A stretch of 64,000 nt of DNA, taken from NCBI GenBank assembly GCA_965215365.1, contig CBDCDS010000003.1:1856001-1920000 (forward strand), in the 5' to 3' direction. A program made the position numbers and the translations under genes. How positions within the stretch are numbered: the stretch's first letter is position 1; every line of letters starts with the position of its first letter. The stretch comes from Gammaproteobacteria bacterium (GTDB lineage Bacteria > Pseudomonadota > Gammaproteobacteria > Eutrophobiales > Eutrophobiaceae). The notes beneath the pieces were generated by a model. That model did no database searches. It was not told the DNA's origin and saw only the letters and a list, made by a program, of their open reading frames with translations. Of this stretch, positions 62,674-64,000 are shown piece after piece.

Positions 62674-64000
62674 CCCGACTTCGACGGTCTGGTGCTTACT
62701 TTATCTGAAAATCTCTTGTAAATCAAAACGTGTTTTGGAGCAGGCAGTTGTAGTGCCTAGTTGATATTTGTAGCTTGACATTGTGGGCGGCGCGTGGTAT
62801 CCTCCGGGCTATGTTCGTGCGCGTCAAAACCACCCCCAACAGCCCGCGTCAATCCGTACAACTCGTCGAGTCAGTGCGTGACGGCAAGGCCGTGCGCCAG
62901 CGCATTGTGCGCCATATCGGTATTGCCTTCGATGAAGACGAGCTCGTCCGGCTCAAAGACTTAGCCGAAGTGGTCAAAGCCAAACTTCAGGCCGAGACCC
63001 AGCCCGAGCTGTTCCCGCCCGAAGATGTCGCCGAGCAACTCAGCGCCGCCCGCGCCCGGCAGGACGACTCACCGCTGAAAGTCGAGCTCAAAGCCCTGCG
63101 GGAAACCCAGCGTGTCATCAGCGGCATCCATGCGGTGTACGGCGCCGTGTACGAGGACTTAGGGCTGTCCCGGCTGCTGCCAGCCTGGCGCTACCGGGCC
63201 TCGCACAAAGCGCTGTTCCATACGGTGATGGCGCGCCTAGCCAACCCGGACAGCAAACGGGCCAGTGTGCGCGCCCTGACAGCCGACTTCGGCGTGCAAG
63301 TGTCCCTGCCCCAAATCTACCGCATGATGGACTTGCTCGATGCGGCCTGTATCGAACGCCTCAATACCCTGGCCGAGACCCAAGCCCGGGCGCTGCTCGG
63401 CGGGCCGCTACGCGTGCTGTTCTTCGATTGCGCCACCTTGTACTTTGAATCATTCACCGACGATGAGCTCAAACAACCCGGCTACAGCAAAGACGCCAAG
63501 TTCAAAGAATGCCAGGTGCTGCTGGCCCTGGCCGTCACCGACACCGGCCTGCCCGTGCGCTACACCGTGCTGCCCGGCGCCACCTTCGAGGGACACAGCC
63601 TCATCCCGGTGGTCAAAGCCTTACAAACCGACTGTCAGGCCGACAACGCCGTGGTCGTTGCCGACCGGGGGCTGCTGAGCAGGGATAACCTCAGCGCCTT
63701 AGAGAACGCCGGCCTGCACTACATCGTCGGCGCCCGACTCAAGTCCCTGCCGCACGCCCTGCAAACCCAAGTGCTCGATGAAGACCGCTATGAGACCCTG
63801 ACAGATAGCGACGGACTGCGGGTGGCGGACCTACCCCACGACTCCCGCCGTCTGGTGGTGGGCTACTCCCCAGTGCGTGCCGGGAAAGACCGGCATGACC
63901 GCGACCAGGCCATCGCCAAGCTCCGTGAGAAACTGGCCAAAAGCCAAAACCCCAAAGACCTGCTCAACAACTACGGTTATAAGAAATACCTCAAGGTAGA
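62674..64000 (+). mobile_element. IS1634-family element, copy 2 (runs off the window)
   Basis: Starts with TIR CCCGACTTCGACGGT; near-identical reverse complement of 49744-51048 (at least 3 SNPs seen); empty IS66 site CTACGGTT. Confidence 0.93.
62811..64000 (+). CDS. IS1634-family transposase (partial)
   Basis: MFVRVKTTPNSPRQSVQLVES..; TTGACA-17-TATCCT lies 7 nt upstream of the ATG. Confidence 0.9.
   Translation, partial: MFVRVKTTPNSPRQSVQLVESVRDGKAVRQRIVRHIGIAFDEDELVRLKDLAEVVKAKLQAETQPELFPPEDVAEQLSAARARQDDSPLKVELKALRETQRVISGIHAVYGAVYEDLGLSRLLPAWRYRASHKALFHTVMARLANPDSKRASVRALTADFGVQVSLPQIYRMMDLLDAACIERLNTLAETQARALLGGPLRVLFFDCATLYFESFTDDELKQPGYSKDAKFKECQVLLALAVTDTGLPVRYTVLPGATFEGHSLIPVVKALQTDCQADNAVVVADRGLLSRDNLSALENAGLHYIVGARLKSLPHALQTQVLDEDRYETLTDSDGLRVADLPHDSRRLVVGYSPVRAGKDRHDRDQAIAKLREKLAKSQNPKDLLNNYGYKKYLKV

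Overview
Gammaproteobacterial chromosome segment; a host-associated (possibly marine-sponge) lineage is inferred from gene content only. The left half is mostly core genome: a PP2C/SpoIIE sensor phosphatase, ssb-uvrA, rpsF-rpsR-DUF2232-rplI-dnaB-alr-radA, leuCD, phaC, a KamA-like radical SAM enzyme and msrA. It is interrupted by a RelE/HigA toxin-antitoxin pair, an AlbA_2-ATPase/ParA pair and a MITE family (a 243-bp tandem array, plus a copy that has rewritten the alr C-terminus and the radA start). The middle holds a compact NHLP/YcaO RiPP cluster (core FGVALCC) with an uncharacterised tailoring gene, two R-M systems with decayed endonucleases, a Na+-pumping glutaconyl-CoA-decarboxylase-like operon, and a Rieske oxygenase/CoA-ligase/thiolase cluster. 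The right end has an IS1634 copy interrupted by an IS66 element carrying a methyltransferase. An ~11.6-kb lower-GC defence island follows, bounded by two inverted IS1634 copies. It encodes multi-ubiquitin-E2/JAB-E1/DUF6527, an OLD-like ATPase-TOPRIM, a TIR-Nmad2-MazG-UDG module, a KAP NTPase, DprA and a truncated RecQ-PRTase. All family assignments come from reading motifs by eye; no database search was run.
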